Part shown: piece by piece, positions 27,891 through 37,719 of the stretch
Position numbering within the stretch: position 1 is the first letter of the stretch
Layout: every line of letters starts with the position of its first letter
NCBI GenBank assembly: GCA_964482695.1
Contig: CAYZYP010000001.1
Location: 132,143 to 196,142, forward strand
Direction of reading: 5' to 3'
Origin: an uncultured Gammaproteobacteria bacterium
Lineage (GTDB): Bacteria > Patescibacteriota > Patescibacteriia > Magasanikbacterales > GWA2-37-8
Length of the DNA stretch: 64,000 bases
The notes under the pieces: generated by a model
Database searches by the model: none
What the model saw: the letters and a program-made list of their open reading frames with translations, nothing else
What the model was told of the DNA's origin: nothing
Position numbers and translations under genes: made by a program

Positions 27891-29135
27891 TTAGAGATTA
27901 GGGTATAATGGAAATTTTTTCGTTAGTTCTATTACTTGTTGTTTAATACGGGCAAGTTTTTGTTCGTCTTGAAAATTTAAAATTGCTTCGTCAATCCAAC
28001 CGGCGATGATTTTCATTTCTGCTTCTTTCATACCGCGGGTGGTAAGAGCCGGTGTTCCCAAACGAATTCCAGAAGGATCCATTGGCGAACGCGGATCGTC
28101 GGGAATCATATTTTTATTAACAGTTATACCGGCTTTATCCAAAGCGATTTGTGCCTGCTTGCCACTAACTCCTTTGGGTGTTACGTCCATCAATATTAAA
28201 TGATTGTCAGTGCCGCCAAAACAAAGTTTGTAGCCACGCGTTTTAAATTCATCTTCTAGCGCCTTGGCGTTCTTTTTTATTTGTTTAGCGTATTCTTTAA
28301 ATTCTGGGAGCATCGCTTCTTTGAAAGCAACAGCTTTGGCCGCGATATTATTTTCGTGCGGCCCGCCCTGGAAGCCGGGAAAGACTGATTTGTCTATTTG
28401 TTTGGCCCATTTTTCTTTGCACATAATCATGCCGCCTCTTGGCCCGCGCAATGTTTTGTGCGTAGTTGTTGTTACGACGTCAAAAATCGGCACTGGATTA
28501 TTCATTTCACCAGCAGCTATTAGCCCGGCAATATGAGCAATGTCGGCCATGGTAATAGCGTTTACTTCGTTGGCAATAGTTTGAATTATGGCATAATCAA
28601 TCTCTCGCGAATAAGCAGAATAGCCAACTAGAATTATTTTTGGCTTATGTTCTATAGCCATTTGACGCAAATTTTCATAATCAATCTCACCCTGAGCGGT
28701 TGTTTTGTAGCGGATAAATTTAAAAATTTTTGTCATGTATGTCACCGGATGTCCGTGAGTTAAATGTCCGCCATGAGATAAATCCATGCCCAGTACCGTG
28801 TCGCCAGGTTCAAGCAAAGCAAAATACACCGCGATGTTAGCCGGAGCTCCAGATAATGGTTGAACATTAACATGCTCGGCGCCAAATAATTGTTTTGCCC
28901 GATCTATGGCCGCTTTTTCCACTTCATCAATAAATTCACAACCACCATAATAACGTCGGCCAACATAGCCTTCTGAATATTTATTGGTTAAAACCGAGCC
29001 CAAAGTTTCTAACACCGCCGGAGATACAAAATTTTCCGAAGGAATCATCTCTAGCCCTTCTTCTTGACGTTTAAGTTCATTTTTAATGGCCTGTTTGATT
29101 TCCGGATCAAATTGAGCCAATGTTTGTTTGTTCAT
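27891..29135 (-). CDS. glyA: Serine hydroxymethyltransferase
   Basis: [42 protein letters not shown]. Confidence 0.98.
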   Translation of the reverse strand: MNKQTLAQFDPEIKQAIKNELKRQEEGLEMIPSENFVSPAVLETLGSVLTNKYSEGYVGRRYYGGCEFIDEVEKAAIDRAKQLFGAEHVNVQPLSGAPANIAVYFALLEPGDTVLGMDLSHGGHLTHGHPVTYMTKIFKFIRYKTTAQGEIDYENLRQMAIEHKPKIILVGYSAYSREIDYAIIQTIANEVNAITMADIAHIAGLIAAGEMNNPVPIFDVVTTTTHKTLRGPRGGMIMCKEKWAKQIDKSVFPGFQGGPHENNIAAKAVAFKEAMLPEFKEYAKQIKKNAKALEDEFKTRGYKLCFGGTDNHLILMDVTPKGVSGKQAQIALDKAGITVNKNMIPDDPRSPMDPSGIRLGTPALTTRGMKEAEMKIIAGWIDEAILNFQDEQKLARIKQQVIELTKKFPLYPNL

Positions 29136-29197
29136 AATAAAAAAAGATAGAGAATAAAAAATAATTATTTTAATTATATATTAAAACTTAGATCATA

Positions 29198-29590
29198 TTA
29201 TTTTTTTAAATCTTTAATTACTTCATAAACATTCTCCGCGCATCCCGCTGGCAAATTATTTATATCAAACCAATTCCATTCAACCACATCCGCGCCCGGT
29301 TTAATTTCACCGATTCTTTTTGCTAAATAATGAACCAACACATAAATTTTGTCGTTTTTGCGCGTTAGCAAAGTTCTTAATGGCTTTATTATGTCTATTT
29401 TAATTCCCATTTCCTCTTTTACTTCCCGCCGACAAGTTTCTTCTAAACTAGCATCAAAATCTTCTACTCTGCCTCCAGGAAATAGCCATGGAGTAACGCC
29501 GTAATCTTTTTGTTCTTTATTGAGTAAAACTTTGTTATTTTCAATAATCACTGACCCGGAGGCAATAATGATTTCTGGTTTTTGAGGCAT
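29198..29590 (-). CDS. NUDIX hydrolase
   Basis: PGGRVE...CRREVKEEMG Nudix box. Confidence 0.9.
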   Translation of the reverse strand: MPQKPEIIIASGSVIIENNKVLLNKEQKDYGVTPWLFPGGRVEDFDASLEETCRREVKEEMGIKIDIIKPLRTLLTRKNDKIYVLVHYLAKRIGEIKPGADVVEWNWFDINNLPAGCAENVYEVIKDLKK

Positions 29591-29651
29591 ATTTAATATA
29601 CTTACAAGTGGATTTATGGTATCATAATTTTAATCAATTAACAAATTCATT

Positions 29652-30548
29652 ATGTCTTGGGTATTTTTGGCTATTTTGTCGCATTTTTTTTGGGCTATAG
29701 GTGATATCGGGAATAAATACTTCGTCGAGCATAGGGTTAAAAATCCTTATGTTTATTTGGTTTGGTTTACTATTACTGGCGTAATTGTTTTACTAGCTAT
29801 TCCATTTATTAATTTTTACATACCTCCAATAAATATTTTGTTATATCTAACGCTTGCCAGCGCGTTGTATTTTTTTGGCGGTTTGCCATATATTAAAGCC
29901 ATGCAAATGGAAGAGCCGACCAGAATTAGTGTTTGGTGGAGTTTAATACCTGTTTTTAGTTTAATTATTGGCTGGATATTTTTGGGAGAAATATTTACCC
30001 AATCACAAATAGTTGCCTTTAGTTTGTTGGTTTTAGGAGCTTTTATAGTTTCCGCTCACGCGCGAGGCAAAAAATTGATATTTTCTAAAGCTGTTTGGTA
30101 TATGGTAATTGCTTGTTTAGCTTTTGCTTTGTACGCGATTATATTTCGTTATTGTATGAGGTTTACTTCATTTACCAATGGTTTTGTTTGGACGCATTTG
30201 ATTATGTTTGTTTTTTCTTTTACATTATTTATTCAAAAGAAATTTCGTTTGGATTTTAGTTATGAGATTAAGCGCGCCAATACTGGTTTATTATTTTTAA
30301 TATTGATTTTGGCTACCGTGGCTCACATGGGCGCTTTTTTTAATCAATGGGCTCTGTCTTTGGGATCGGCCGCTTTGGTGTTTGCTTTTGAAGGCTTTCA
30401 GGTTTTATTTGTTTTTATTATCGCTAGTTTGTTATCTATATTTTTGCCGAGTATAATTAAAGAAGAGTTAGACAAACGAAATTTAATTTTAAAAATATTA
30501 GCTTTAATACTCATGATCGCGGGGATTTTAGTCTTGGCTTTTAATTGA
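29652..30548 (+). CDS. EamA/DMT-family transporter
   Basis: About 10 TM helices in two repeats, IFLGE motif; paralogous to 38418. Confidence 0.8.
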   Translation: MSWVFLAILSHFFWAIGDIGNKYFVEHRVKNPYVYLVWFTITGVIVLLAIPFINFYIPPINILLYLTLASALYFFGGLPYIKAMQMEEPTRISVWWSLIPVFSLIIGWIFLGEIFTQSQIVAFSLLVLGAFIVSAHARGKKLIFSKAVWYMVIACLAFALYAIIFRYCMRFTSFTNGFVWTHLIMFVFSFTLFIQKKFRLDFSYEIKRANTGLLFLILILATVAHMGAFFNQWALSLGSAALVFAFEGFQVLFVFIIASLLSIFLPSIIKEELDKRNLILKILALILMIAGILVLAFN

Positions 30549-30567
30549 AATTCATATAAAAAGAACG

Positions 30568-30600
30568 AACCCCGGGCGGCGATAGGTCCGTTCCGGGGTT
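30568..30600. terminator. GC-rich hairpin between convergent ORFs
   Basis: aaccccgg...ccggggtt stem with flanking A/T runs. Confidence 0.6.
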
Positions 30601-30768
30601 TCATAATAATCCCTCCTCTTTGTGGGCGTCGACGATCAACCGGATCGCCGACCGAAAAAAGATCACTACGTAAGCGCCAAGCAAAAGCCATGGCATGGCT
30701 CGCTCGGCGCCGACCACGCTACAGCAGACAAAGTCTGCCACAGCTTGAAAAAAGAAAAACCAATACAT
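30601..30768 (-). CDS. 55-aa hydrophobic micro-protein
   Basis: AAGGAGG Shine-Dalgarno 4 nt before the ATG at 30768; two hydrophobic segments; hairpin just after the stop. Confidence 0.55.
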   Translation of the reverse strand: MYWFFFFQAVADFVCCSVVGAERAMPWLLLGAYVVIFFRSAIRLIVDAHKEEGLL

Positions 30769-30868
30769 GTTGCCTCCTTGTCTGATGTTTTGTATATCAA
30801 GAATAATAAGTTGTGTCAATTATCTTATCGGCTTGATTTAATTTTAGTTAAGTGGTTAAATACTTAAT

Positions 30869-31675
30869 ATGCAAACAAAATTTGTCATTAAAAACGGCCA
30901 ACTAATCCCAACCGAGCAGGCTGGTGTTTCGGTTTATAGTAAAGCGCTATTTTTTGATTTTTGCGTTTATTCTAATATAAAAGTGATGGCTGGAAAAATG
31001 TTTTTGCCGGAATTAGAAATAGAAAAATTATTTGAATCAGCCAATGTCTTGGGAATTGAGTTTAAACATAACAGTGAAGAAGTATTGGCTTGGGCGCGAC
31101 TACTTATACAAGAAAATGATCTAAAAGACGCCTTAATTCGCCTACTACTTGTGGGGCAAGAACAAGATCGCGAGGCCGAATTATTTATGTTCGCGGTTGG
31201 CTTAACTTATTATCCAGATAAATATTATAAAGAAGGGGTAAAACTCATTACCTATCATGGCGAGCGGTTTATGCCTCAGGTAAAATCCAAAAATTTGCTG
31301 ATGAGTTATTTAGCGTATAACGAAGCGCACAAAGCCGGCGCTTTGGATGCCTTGTTGATTGATAATGATGGAAATATCCGCGAGGGCACGCGTAGTAGTT
31401 TTTTTGTCATAAAAAATAATATTTTAATTACGCCCCCGGCTAAAAAAGTTTTAGGTGGTTTAACTAAAAAAATAATCTTGGAAATAGCACCCAAGATTTT
31501 GACTGTTAGAGAAGAAGATATTGCTTTAAAAAATATTACTAAGTATGACGAGTATTTTATTTCCGCCACTACCATGAAGATTATGCCAGTGAGTTGGATT
31601 GATAGCGCGCGAGTTTCGAGTGGTGCTAATGAAAAAACTAAACAATTAATGAAGTTGTTCAAAGAAAAGTATTAG
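30869..31675 (+). CDS. Aminotransferase class IV (IlvE/PabC-like)
   Basis: VKSKN, DALLID, EGTRSSFF, VLGGLTK, DEYFISAT. Confidence 0.85.
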   Translation: MQTKFVIKNGQLIPTEQAGVSVYSKALFFDFCVYSNIKVMAGKMFLPELEIEKLFESANVLGIEFKHNSEEVLAWARLLIQENDLKDALIRLLLVGQEQDREAELFMFAVGLTYYPDKYYKEGVKLITYHGERFMPQVKSKNLLMSYLAYNEAHKAGALDALLIDNDGNIREGTRSSFFVIKNNILITPPAKKVLGGLTKKIILEIAPKILTVREEDIALKNITKYDEYFISATTMKIMPVSWIDSARVSSGANEKTKQLMKLFKEKY

Positions 31676-33261
31676 AATTTTTTCACCATATATCCATTTT
31701 CCAGCTTGTATCCCAACTTCCGATAATACCCCCTTACGCCTATGCCGGAAATAACCGCTAATTTGGTTATTTTCTTTTTCTGACAAATTTTTTCCGCTTC
31801 GGCTAATAATTTTTTACCCATTCCTTTGTGCTGGCTATTTTTCTTTCCTTGTTTTCCAATGCCTATAAGCTGTCCATAGGTATGGAGTTCGCGGATAAAA
31901 GCGGGGTATTCTTTTTTTGGTGACAAACGTAGACGGCAAAAGGCATAGACAATATTTCTGTTCGCGTCTTCACAACTTAAGAAATACTCAGTGCCATTGT
32001 TGGCTTGGTATTTGTCGGTGAACAGTTTAATTTTAGATTTTAAATTGTAGATGGCAGATTTGTCTACATGTCCGACTTCGCGGCATCTTAAACAATTACA
32101 CCTTGTTTCTTCTTTTTTCATCTCGGCTTGAATAACTTGGCGCAAGTTAGTGACTTTGTTGCCAGCTTGAACGTGGTGGCCTGGGATATCGCGAATTAGA
32201 CGTGAGATGCGCACATAGCGAGGGATTTTGGTTTTAAATTTTTTAATTATTTCTATTAATTTTTTATCACTGTATGGTTTGTACTTGCCTTTTTTAAACC
32301 AACTAAATAATTCGGAATTTTTAATTACCGTGCAAGGATAAATTTTTATCATGTCTGGTCGATAGTCGGAATTATCAAAAATTTCCAGCATCATTTTTAA
32401 ATCTTTTGTAGGAGTTGAACCAGGCAGCTGTGGCATTAAATGATAATCAACTTTAAAACCGTAGTTTTTTAGCAGTGCGGTTGCTTTTTTTACCGCTTCG
32501 CTATCATGCCCGCGTTTGATAAGTTTAAGAATTTTATCATCAGTAGTCTGTACTCCCAACTCTACTCGCGTACAACCAAACTCACGCATTACATGGATAT
32601 TTTGTTCATTAATAAAATCCGGGCGCGTTTCCAATGTCAGCCCGATGATGCGATGTTTGGCGGTTTCATTTTTTATTTGGATTTTATTTAAGTATTTTTT
32701 TAGTTTTGTTATTGTTCCCCCCTTTTTTTCAGTATTTGTTTTATTGGCCGCTTCAAAACACCTGCTAATAAACCAATATTGATAATCCTGCATGTAAGCG
32801 TTCCAAGTGCCACCTTTAACGATTAGTTCAATTTTGTCGGTCGGGTGGCCATTTTGTTCCAAAGATATTATTCGTTGTTTAACTTGCTCATAAGGATCAA
32901 AATCTAACATCAAAGCGCGAGCGGCCGCTGGTTCGTCGGCAATATAGCTTTTGGGCATTTGCTTTTCGTCTGGGCAATAAATACATTTGCCAGGGCAGGG
33001 GAATGGCTTGGTCAGTACTGTAATAATTGCCACGCCAGACAGAGTGCGCACTGCTCTTTTAGTAAGTAATCTTTCTAGCGCCAGGTTCTTTTTTAGCTTG
33101 TTTTTAGCTACTAATTCATGGTATAATTTAAGCAGTTCTTTTTTGGTGGGAATGTGGTTAAAATCAGGGAGAGAACGCAAAAATTGCCGTTTAATATTTT
33201 CTAATTCATCAGCGGTTTTTGGGAATTTTTTGATTATTAATGTTAGTAAATCAGTTAACAT
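31672..33261 (-). CDS. elp3: Elp3 radical-SAM/KAT tRNA uridine(34) carboxymethyltransferase
   Basis: CPGKCIYCP cluster motif, MPKSY, ETRPD, ELGVQ, KIYP, RELHTYG, QHKGMGKKLL, ISGIGVRGYYRKLGY. Confidence 0.93.
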   Translation of the reverse strand: MLTDLLTLIIKKFPKTADELENIKRQFLRSLPDFNHIPTKKELLKLYHELVAKNKLKKNLALERLLTKRAVRTLSGVAIITVLTKPFPCPGKCIYCPDEKQMPKSYIADEPAAARALMLDFDPYEQVKQRIISLEQNGHPTDKIELIVKGGTWNAYMQDYQYWFISRCFEAANKTNTEKKGGTITKLKKYLNKIQIKNETAKHRIIGLTLETRPDFINEQNIHVMREFGCTRVELGVQTTDDKILKLIKRGHDSEAVKKATALLKNYGFKVDYHLMPQLPGSTPTKDLKMMLEIFDNSDYRPDMIKIYPCTVIKNSELFSWFKKGKYKPYSDKKLIEIIKKFKTKIPRYVRISRLIRDIPGHHVQAGNKVTNLRQVIQAEMKKEETRCNCLRCREVGHVDKSAIYNLKSKIKLFTDKYQANNGTEYFLSCEDANRNIVYAFCRLRLSPKKEYPAFIRELHTYGQLIGIGKQGKKNSQHKGMGKKLLAEAEKICQKKKITKLAVISGIGVRGYYRKLGYKLENGYMVKKF

Positions 33262-33335
33262 ATCTAGAATTTATACACGTGTAAATAATTCGCGTAGCGC
33301 CAGGTTATTATATATTAATTCATTATTTTTGCAAT

Positions 33336-33623
33336 ATGAACAGACGTTTATTTGGAGAGGAATTAAAAACGCAGAAGGTCGCGCAAACGGAAATATTGTC
33401 CGGATATTACGAAAATATAATTAAGTATGTCAGGGATAATATGAGTTTTGCAGACCAACAACGTGGATTGACCGATGAAGAGATAGTTGGGATAGGAGAC
33501 GATGGGACTTTGCAGGTAAAAGTTAAATTGTCAGGGAATACTAGCAATCTTGATGAAATGATTTCCTTGCACAGGGCGCATCTTGACTCTTTGAAGAAAA
33601 AACAAGGCGGTGTCGTTAATTAA
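33336..33623 (+). CDS. Hypothetical protein (95 aa)
   Basis: ORF fills the gap between elp3 and the methyltransferase, ending 5 bp before the latter. Confidence 0.55.
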   Translation: MNRRLFGEELKTQKVAQTEILSGYYENIIKYVRDNMSFADQQRGLTDEEIVGIGDDGTLQVKVKLSGNTSNLDEMISLHRAHLDSLKKKQGGVVN

Positions 33624-33628
33624 AAAAT

Positions 33629-34333
33629 ATGACTCACGCGATTATTAAGAAAACCCGCGATGATTATAATAAGATCGCCAAGCATTTTTCTGATACTCGT
33701 AATTGGGTGTGGCCGGAGTTAAAACAAATTAAAGATCTAATAAAGGACGGGCAGAATATATTAGATTGGGGGTGTGGCAATAGCCAGTTCTTAACATTTT
33801 TGAAAGAAAAAAAAATTAAATACCACGGTTTAGATATTAGCAAAGAGTTGCTTAAATTGGCGCGTAAAAAATGGAAAGCTTTGGTTAAAGAAGGTAAGGC
33901 AAAATTTTATTGTACAGGAAGTAGAGAAAAAAAATTTCCAGCTGATTTTTTTGACTTGGTTTTTATGATAGCTTCTTTTCATCATTTGCCAGACGAAAAA
34001 AGTAGATTAGATTTATTAAAAAAGATTTACCATGAAATGAGAAAAAAAGGTCATTTAGTAATTACTGTTTGGAATTTGGAAAGTGATTGGGCTAAAAAGA
34101 AATTAAAGTTGGATTTTAAAAAAATAGGGGAGAACGAATATCTTATTCCTTGGAAAAACAATAAAGGAGAGATAGAGACAGAAAGATATTATCATCATTT
34201 TTCTAAACAAGAGCTAGGTGATTTGCTAAAAATAACCGGGTTTAAAGTTAAAAGCTTAGATTATTTTAATCAAAACACCTTTTCTAAAGACAAAAAAAAC
34301 AGCCGGAATTTGGTGGCCGTGGCTGTAAAATAA
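33629..34333 (+). CDS. SAM methyltransferase resembling Trm9/ALKBH8 tRNA cm5U methyltransferase
   Basis: YNKIAKHFSDTR..W, LDWGCGN, IASFHHL, ITVWN, IPW, RYYHHF parallel the conserved Trm9 blocks. Confidence 0.72.
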   Translation: MTHAIIKKTRDDYNKIAKHFSDTRNWVWPELKQIKDLIKDGQNILDWGCGNSQFLTFLKEKKIKYHGLDISKELLKLARKKWKALVKEGKAKFYCTGSREKKFPADFFDLVFMIASFHHLPDEKSRLDLLKKIYHEMRKKGHLVITVWNLESDWAKKKLKLDFKKIGENEYLIPWKNNKGEIETERYYHHFSKQELGDLLKITGFKVKSLDYFNQNTFSKDKKNSRNLVAVAVK

Positions 34334-34347
34334 ATTTTAATTATTTT

Positions 34348-34438
34348 TGTCATTTCGAGCGAAGCGAGAAATCTCTGTCTCAATTACTGATTTTAAATAT
34401 ATCGAGACAGAGATCCCTCACTGCGGTTCGGGATGACA
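34348..34438. repeat. Gene-less TGTCAT...ATGACA palindromic element
   Basis: tgtcatttcgagcgaagcgagaaatctctgtctc...gagacagagatccctcactgcggttcgggatgaca; right arm differs from the GIY-YIG right TIR at only 2 of its last 35 nt. Confidence 0.9.
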
Positions 34439-34468
34439 TTGATTGGGATTTAAAATTTAAGATTTGCT

Positions 34469-35692
34469 ATGCGTATTCTCCAAGCTCACAAATATTTCTA
34501 TCGTCGCGCCGGAGCGGAAGCGGTTTTATTGGATACCATAATCGGGCTGAAAGCGCGCGGGCACGAGGTGGTGGAATTTTCGGTTGCTAACACAAAAAAT
34601 TTACCTTCGGAATATTCTTCGTATTTTATAAACATTGAGCCGGAACTAACTGGCATTAAATACAGCGCTTTTACTTCGTGGAAGATTTTTAAGCATTTAA
34701 TTAGTTCTAAAGAAGTTGATGCCAAATTAAGCGCGTTAGTAATGGCCGCCGAACCGCAAGTGGCTCATTTGCATAATGTTTCGCGACAGATGTCGGCTAC
34801 TACTTTTATTACTTTAAAAAAATTAAAAATTCCTATTATCATGACTGTGCACGATGTTCAACCAATGTGTCCTAACCACCGCATGATTACAAAGCATGAA
34901 TTGTGTGAACGTTGCTTTTGCCACAAATATTATAACTGCGCTTTACACAAATGCATTGACAATTCACGAGCCAAAAGTTTGGCCGGAATGATAGAAGCCT
35001 ATTACTATTACTTGCGTCGAGTTTGGAGCTTAGTAGATATATTTATTTGCCCCAGCCAGTTTATGTTGGATAAAATGACAGAATGGGGTTTTCCTAAAAG
35101 TAAATTGCGTTTAGCGCGCAATCCACAAACTGTGCCAGCAGATTGCCCGCCATTGGGTAAAAAAATCGTTTATTTGGGTCGTTTGCACGAAGAAAAAGGT
35201 ATTAGGGTGTTTATGAACGCTATCAGGCAGTTGCGCCAGTATCAAGTAGTTGTTGCTGGTGATGGCCCGGACGAAGAATTAGTAGAAAGAAATATTCGTC
35301 AGTATGGTTTAAATAACGTTGAATTAATTGGCCGGGTACAGGGCGAAAAGTGGCGCGAAGCAATGCTTCAGGCCAAAGTAGTGGTGGTGCCATCGATGTT
35401 TTACGAAAATTGTTCAATGACTGTTTTAGAAGCTTTGTCTTATGGACGTATTGTGGTGGCCGCGGATAGAGGTGGAAATAGTGAACTAATTACCAATGGT
35501 GAAACCGGCTTTTTGGCAGAAGCGGAAAATAGCGATTCGTTTGTTACTTTTATTCGTGAAGCAATGGAATTAAAAAGTGAAGAGGCGCAGGAAATTGCTA
35601 ACAATGGGCGCAGGTTGGTAATGGATAATCACAATGTGGACGGGTATTTTAAGAAGTTGGAAGAGGTATATGAAGAAGTTGTAAAATTATAA
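34469..35692 (+). CDS. Glycosyltransferase family 4
   Basis: HKYFYRRAGAE, HLHN, GRLHEEKG, PSMFYENCSMTVLEA. Confidence 0.9.
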   Translation: MRILQAHKYFYRRAGAEAVLLDTIIGLKARGHEVVEFSVANTKNLPSEYSSYFINIEPELTGIKYSAFTSWKIFKHLISSKEVDAKLSALVMAAEPQVAHLHNVSRQMSATTFITLKKLKIPIIMTVHDVQPMCPNHRMITKHELCERCFCHKYYNCALHKCIDNSRAKSLAGMIEAYYYYLRRVWSLVDIFICPSQFMLDKMTEWGFPKSKLRLARNPQTVPADCPPLGKKIVYLGRLHEEKGIRVFMNAIRQLRQYQVVVAGDGPDEELVERNIRQYGLNNVELIGRVQGEKWREAMLQAKVVVVPSMFYENCSMTVLEALSYGRIVVAADRGGNSELITNGETGFLAEAENSDSFVTFIREAMELKSEEAQEIANNGRRLVMDNHNVDGYFKKLEEVYEEVVKL

Positions 35693-36825
35693 ATTTTTAA
35701 AGTCTGTTTGGTAATATCTTGCCAATTATAATTTTTTTCCACTAAAACTTTATTTTCTTCACCAGCTTGTTCTAAGAGAGCTGGTTTTTTTATTAGTTCA
35801 ATAATTTTTTCAGCCAAAGAAGCAATACTGGCGTTATTAAACCAAAATTGATCGTCGGTAATAATTTCTTTGTGTTCGGAGATGTCGGAAACCAAGACCG
35901 GGCGAGCATGGGACATGGCTTGCAAGACAGTTATTGGTAGCCCCTCGTTTTCTGAAGGATGGACAAACAAAGCAGTATTAGCATAAAGTTCTTCTAACGT
36001 TTGGCCGCTTTGCCAGTCGGTAAAAATAATACTATTATCGCCCTTGGCGATATTTTTTAGGTCATTTAAATAATTATCGGTAAAATTAGAACCGCCAACA
36101 ATAACTAATTTGTAGTCTTGTAAAAGTTGGGGACATTGTTGACGAACAAATTGCCAAGCGGTGAGTAAATAATGCGCTCCTTTGTGCTTAACAAGTCGAG
36201 AGACCATGAGTAAGTATTTGTTTGATTGCAAATTCCATTTCTCTTCTATGACCCCTCCTACAGTCCCCCTTTTTAAGGGGAGGATAGAAAAGTTTGGTGT
36301 TCTAACACCGTTTGGAATGTAGGTGGTTTGTTTTTTGTATTCATTTAAATAATAGCTTTGCAATGTTTTGGAAACAACAATTGTTTGGTGAGCAAATTTT
36401 ATAGCTGTCCATTCGCCTAGGCGCAACATTAAGCGCGCCAGCCAGTTCCATTTTTGATGATAACGATCTAAACAATGAGAAGTGGTAATTACTTTGGCGC
36501 TTGGCAAAAAAATACGAGGGATAAAACTTAACAAAGACGGACCAACACCATGATAATGAATAATATCCGGTTTTTGAAATAAGGCGTGGATGGTAGAAGT
36601 TAAAGTGTGGGTGATAGCGTCTAAATGTTTGGTGCGCAAGCTAGGAGTATAAATTATTTTTATACCATTAATTTTAGTAATATTTTTTGGGCTATACCAT
36701 TTACGAGCGTAAACCAAAATATCATGGCCGTTTTTTGCCAATTCTGTTGCCAGCTCTTCTACGTGGCGCTCTATGCCGCCATAAATAGCCGGGATTCCTT
36801 TTTGTCCAAGCATGATAATTTTCAT
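35629..36825 (-). CDS. Glycosyltransferase family 4 carrying an in-frame palindromic insertion
   Basis: MKIIMLGQKGIPAIYGGIERHVEE, PSENEGLPITVLQAM; start at ATG 36825; overlaps the convergent GT4 by 64 nt. Confidence 0.9.
   Translation of the reverse strand: MKIIMLGQKGIPAIYGGIERHVEELATELAKNGHDILVYARKWYSPKNITKINGIKIIYTPSLRTKHLDAITHTLTSTIHALFQKPDIIHYHGVGPSLLSFIPRIFLPSAKVITTSHCLDRYHQKWNWLARLMLRLGEWTAIKFAHQTIVVSKTLQSYYLNEYKKQTTYIPNGVRTPNFSILPLKRGTVGGVIEEKWNLQSNKYLLMVSRLVKHKGAHYLLTAWQFVRQQCPQLLQDYKLVIVGGSNFTDNYLNDLKNIAKGDNSIIFTDWQSGQTLEELYANTALFVHPSENEGLPITVLQAMSHARPVLVSDISEHKEIITDDQFWFNNASIASLAEKIIELIKKPALLEQAGEENKVLVEKNYNWQDITKQTLKIYNFTTSSYTSSNFLKYPSTL
36251..36285. repeat. C/G-rich palindromic repeat inside CDS
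   Basis: Reverse complement atcctccccttaaaaagggggactgtaggaggggt resembles 39037-39071. Confidence 0.7.
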
Positions 36826-36848
36826 GTTTTTTGTGCTTAAAACAGGCA

Positions 36849-36915
36849 ACAATAGCACATCCTAGCCTTTTTGTCAAGGGTGGGGTTGACAAGTTTGGCT
36901 AAAATATGCTATTAT
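36849..36915. promoter_or_regulatory. Back-to-back divergent sigma70 promoters
   Basis: Plus: TTGACA (36886) with TGc-TATTAT (36910); minus: TTGACA (36877) N17 TGc-TATTGT (36854). Confidence 0.65.
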
Positions 36916-36971
36916 TCGCCACAAGTTTTCTATCTCTAACCGTTTTTTCTTGGAAAGGAAGAGGAAAAAGA

Positions 36972-37175
36972 ATGTCGAGACCGACGACAAGAGAACGAGA
37001 CCACCTCGATCTGGAACTGGCTCAGCTAGAAGATCTCCGGGCAAATGATTTTACTTTGCCTCCAGATCTTGATCTGGACGAAGTGCTCGGCAAAGAAGGT
37101 TTCAAAGGATTTACCTTAGGACAGGCTGGGTTGCTCACCTGCAAGCCCAAGCCGTCGCGGCGGCTGCGTTCCTAG
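36972..37175 (+). CDS. 67-aa hypothetical micro-protein
   Basis: Purine-rich RBS (aaggaagagg) before ATG, upstream promoter, downstream hairpin, GC-richer than flanks. Confidence 0.55.
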   Translation: MSRPTTRERDHLDLELAQLEDLRANDFTLPPDLDLDEVLGKEGFKGFTLGQAGLLTCKPKPSRRLRS

Positions 37176-37185
37176 GTGGATCCAA

Positions 37186-37251
37186 AACCCATACCGCTCG
37201 TGCGCTTCTTGGCCCTTTCGAGGGCTGACTTGCGTCGGGCGGTATGGGGTT
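37186..37251 (+). terminator. Branched GC-rich hairpin after micro-ORF
   Basis: cccataccgctcg...cgggcggtatggg outer stem with inner gccct-ttcg-agggc. Confidence 0.55.
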
Positions 37252-37365
37252 GTTCGTTCTGCCTCGCATGCCGTAGCTTTGCGAAGCGAAACGAAGGCAT
37301 GTGGATAACTCTGTTTGACTATGCTGTAACAGTATGATAGTTTAAGAATAATATATTAAGACTTT

Positions 37366-37467
37366 ATGAATTTTAATTTACATACAACCCCAACCTGGAC
37401 AAAGCGTACTATTTTGGTAAAACGCTATTTTGGTTTTTGGGGTGAGGTGTGTAAAATTAAAAAATAA
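37366..37467 (+). CDS. Putative 33-aa leader peptide (uORF)
   Basis: ATG..TAA downstream of TTGACT (37315) and upstream of a terminator; MNFNLHTTPTWTKRTILVKRYFGFWGEVCKIKK. Confidence 0.3.
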   Translation: MNFNLHTTPTWTKRTILVKRYFGFWGEVCKIKK

Positions 37468-37491
37468 AAAGTTTACAAAATAAATAAACAC

Positions 37492-37530
37492 AATCACCCT
37501 GAAGGCCAATAGAGCGTCAGGGTGATTTTT
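37492..37530 (+). terminator. Intrinsic terminator/attenuator
   Basis: aatcaccctga...tcagggtgattttt, 11-bp stem with U tract. Confidence 0.7.
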
Positions 37531-37531
37531 A

Positions 37532-37600
37532 AACCACAAATTTTTACACGAATTAACACAAATATGGAATTTAATTCGTGATTAGTGTAAATTTGTGGTT
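37532..37600. repeat. AT-rich palindromic element
   Basis: aaccacaaattt...aaatttgtggtt outer arms and cacgaattaa...ttaattcgtg inner arms. Confidence 0.7.
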
Positions 37601-37719
37601 CGTTCTTTACAAAAAAGTGTTTAGCCAGAGGAAAAGATTTTAAAAAATGTTTTTCTTTGGCTGGGCAGTTGAGTCTAGCATTTCAGGTCGGCACAAAGCC
37701 GGCCATCAAGGAGCGAATC

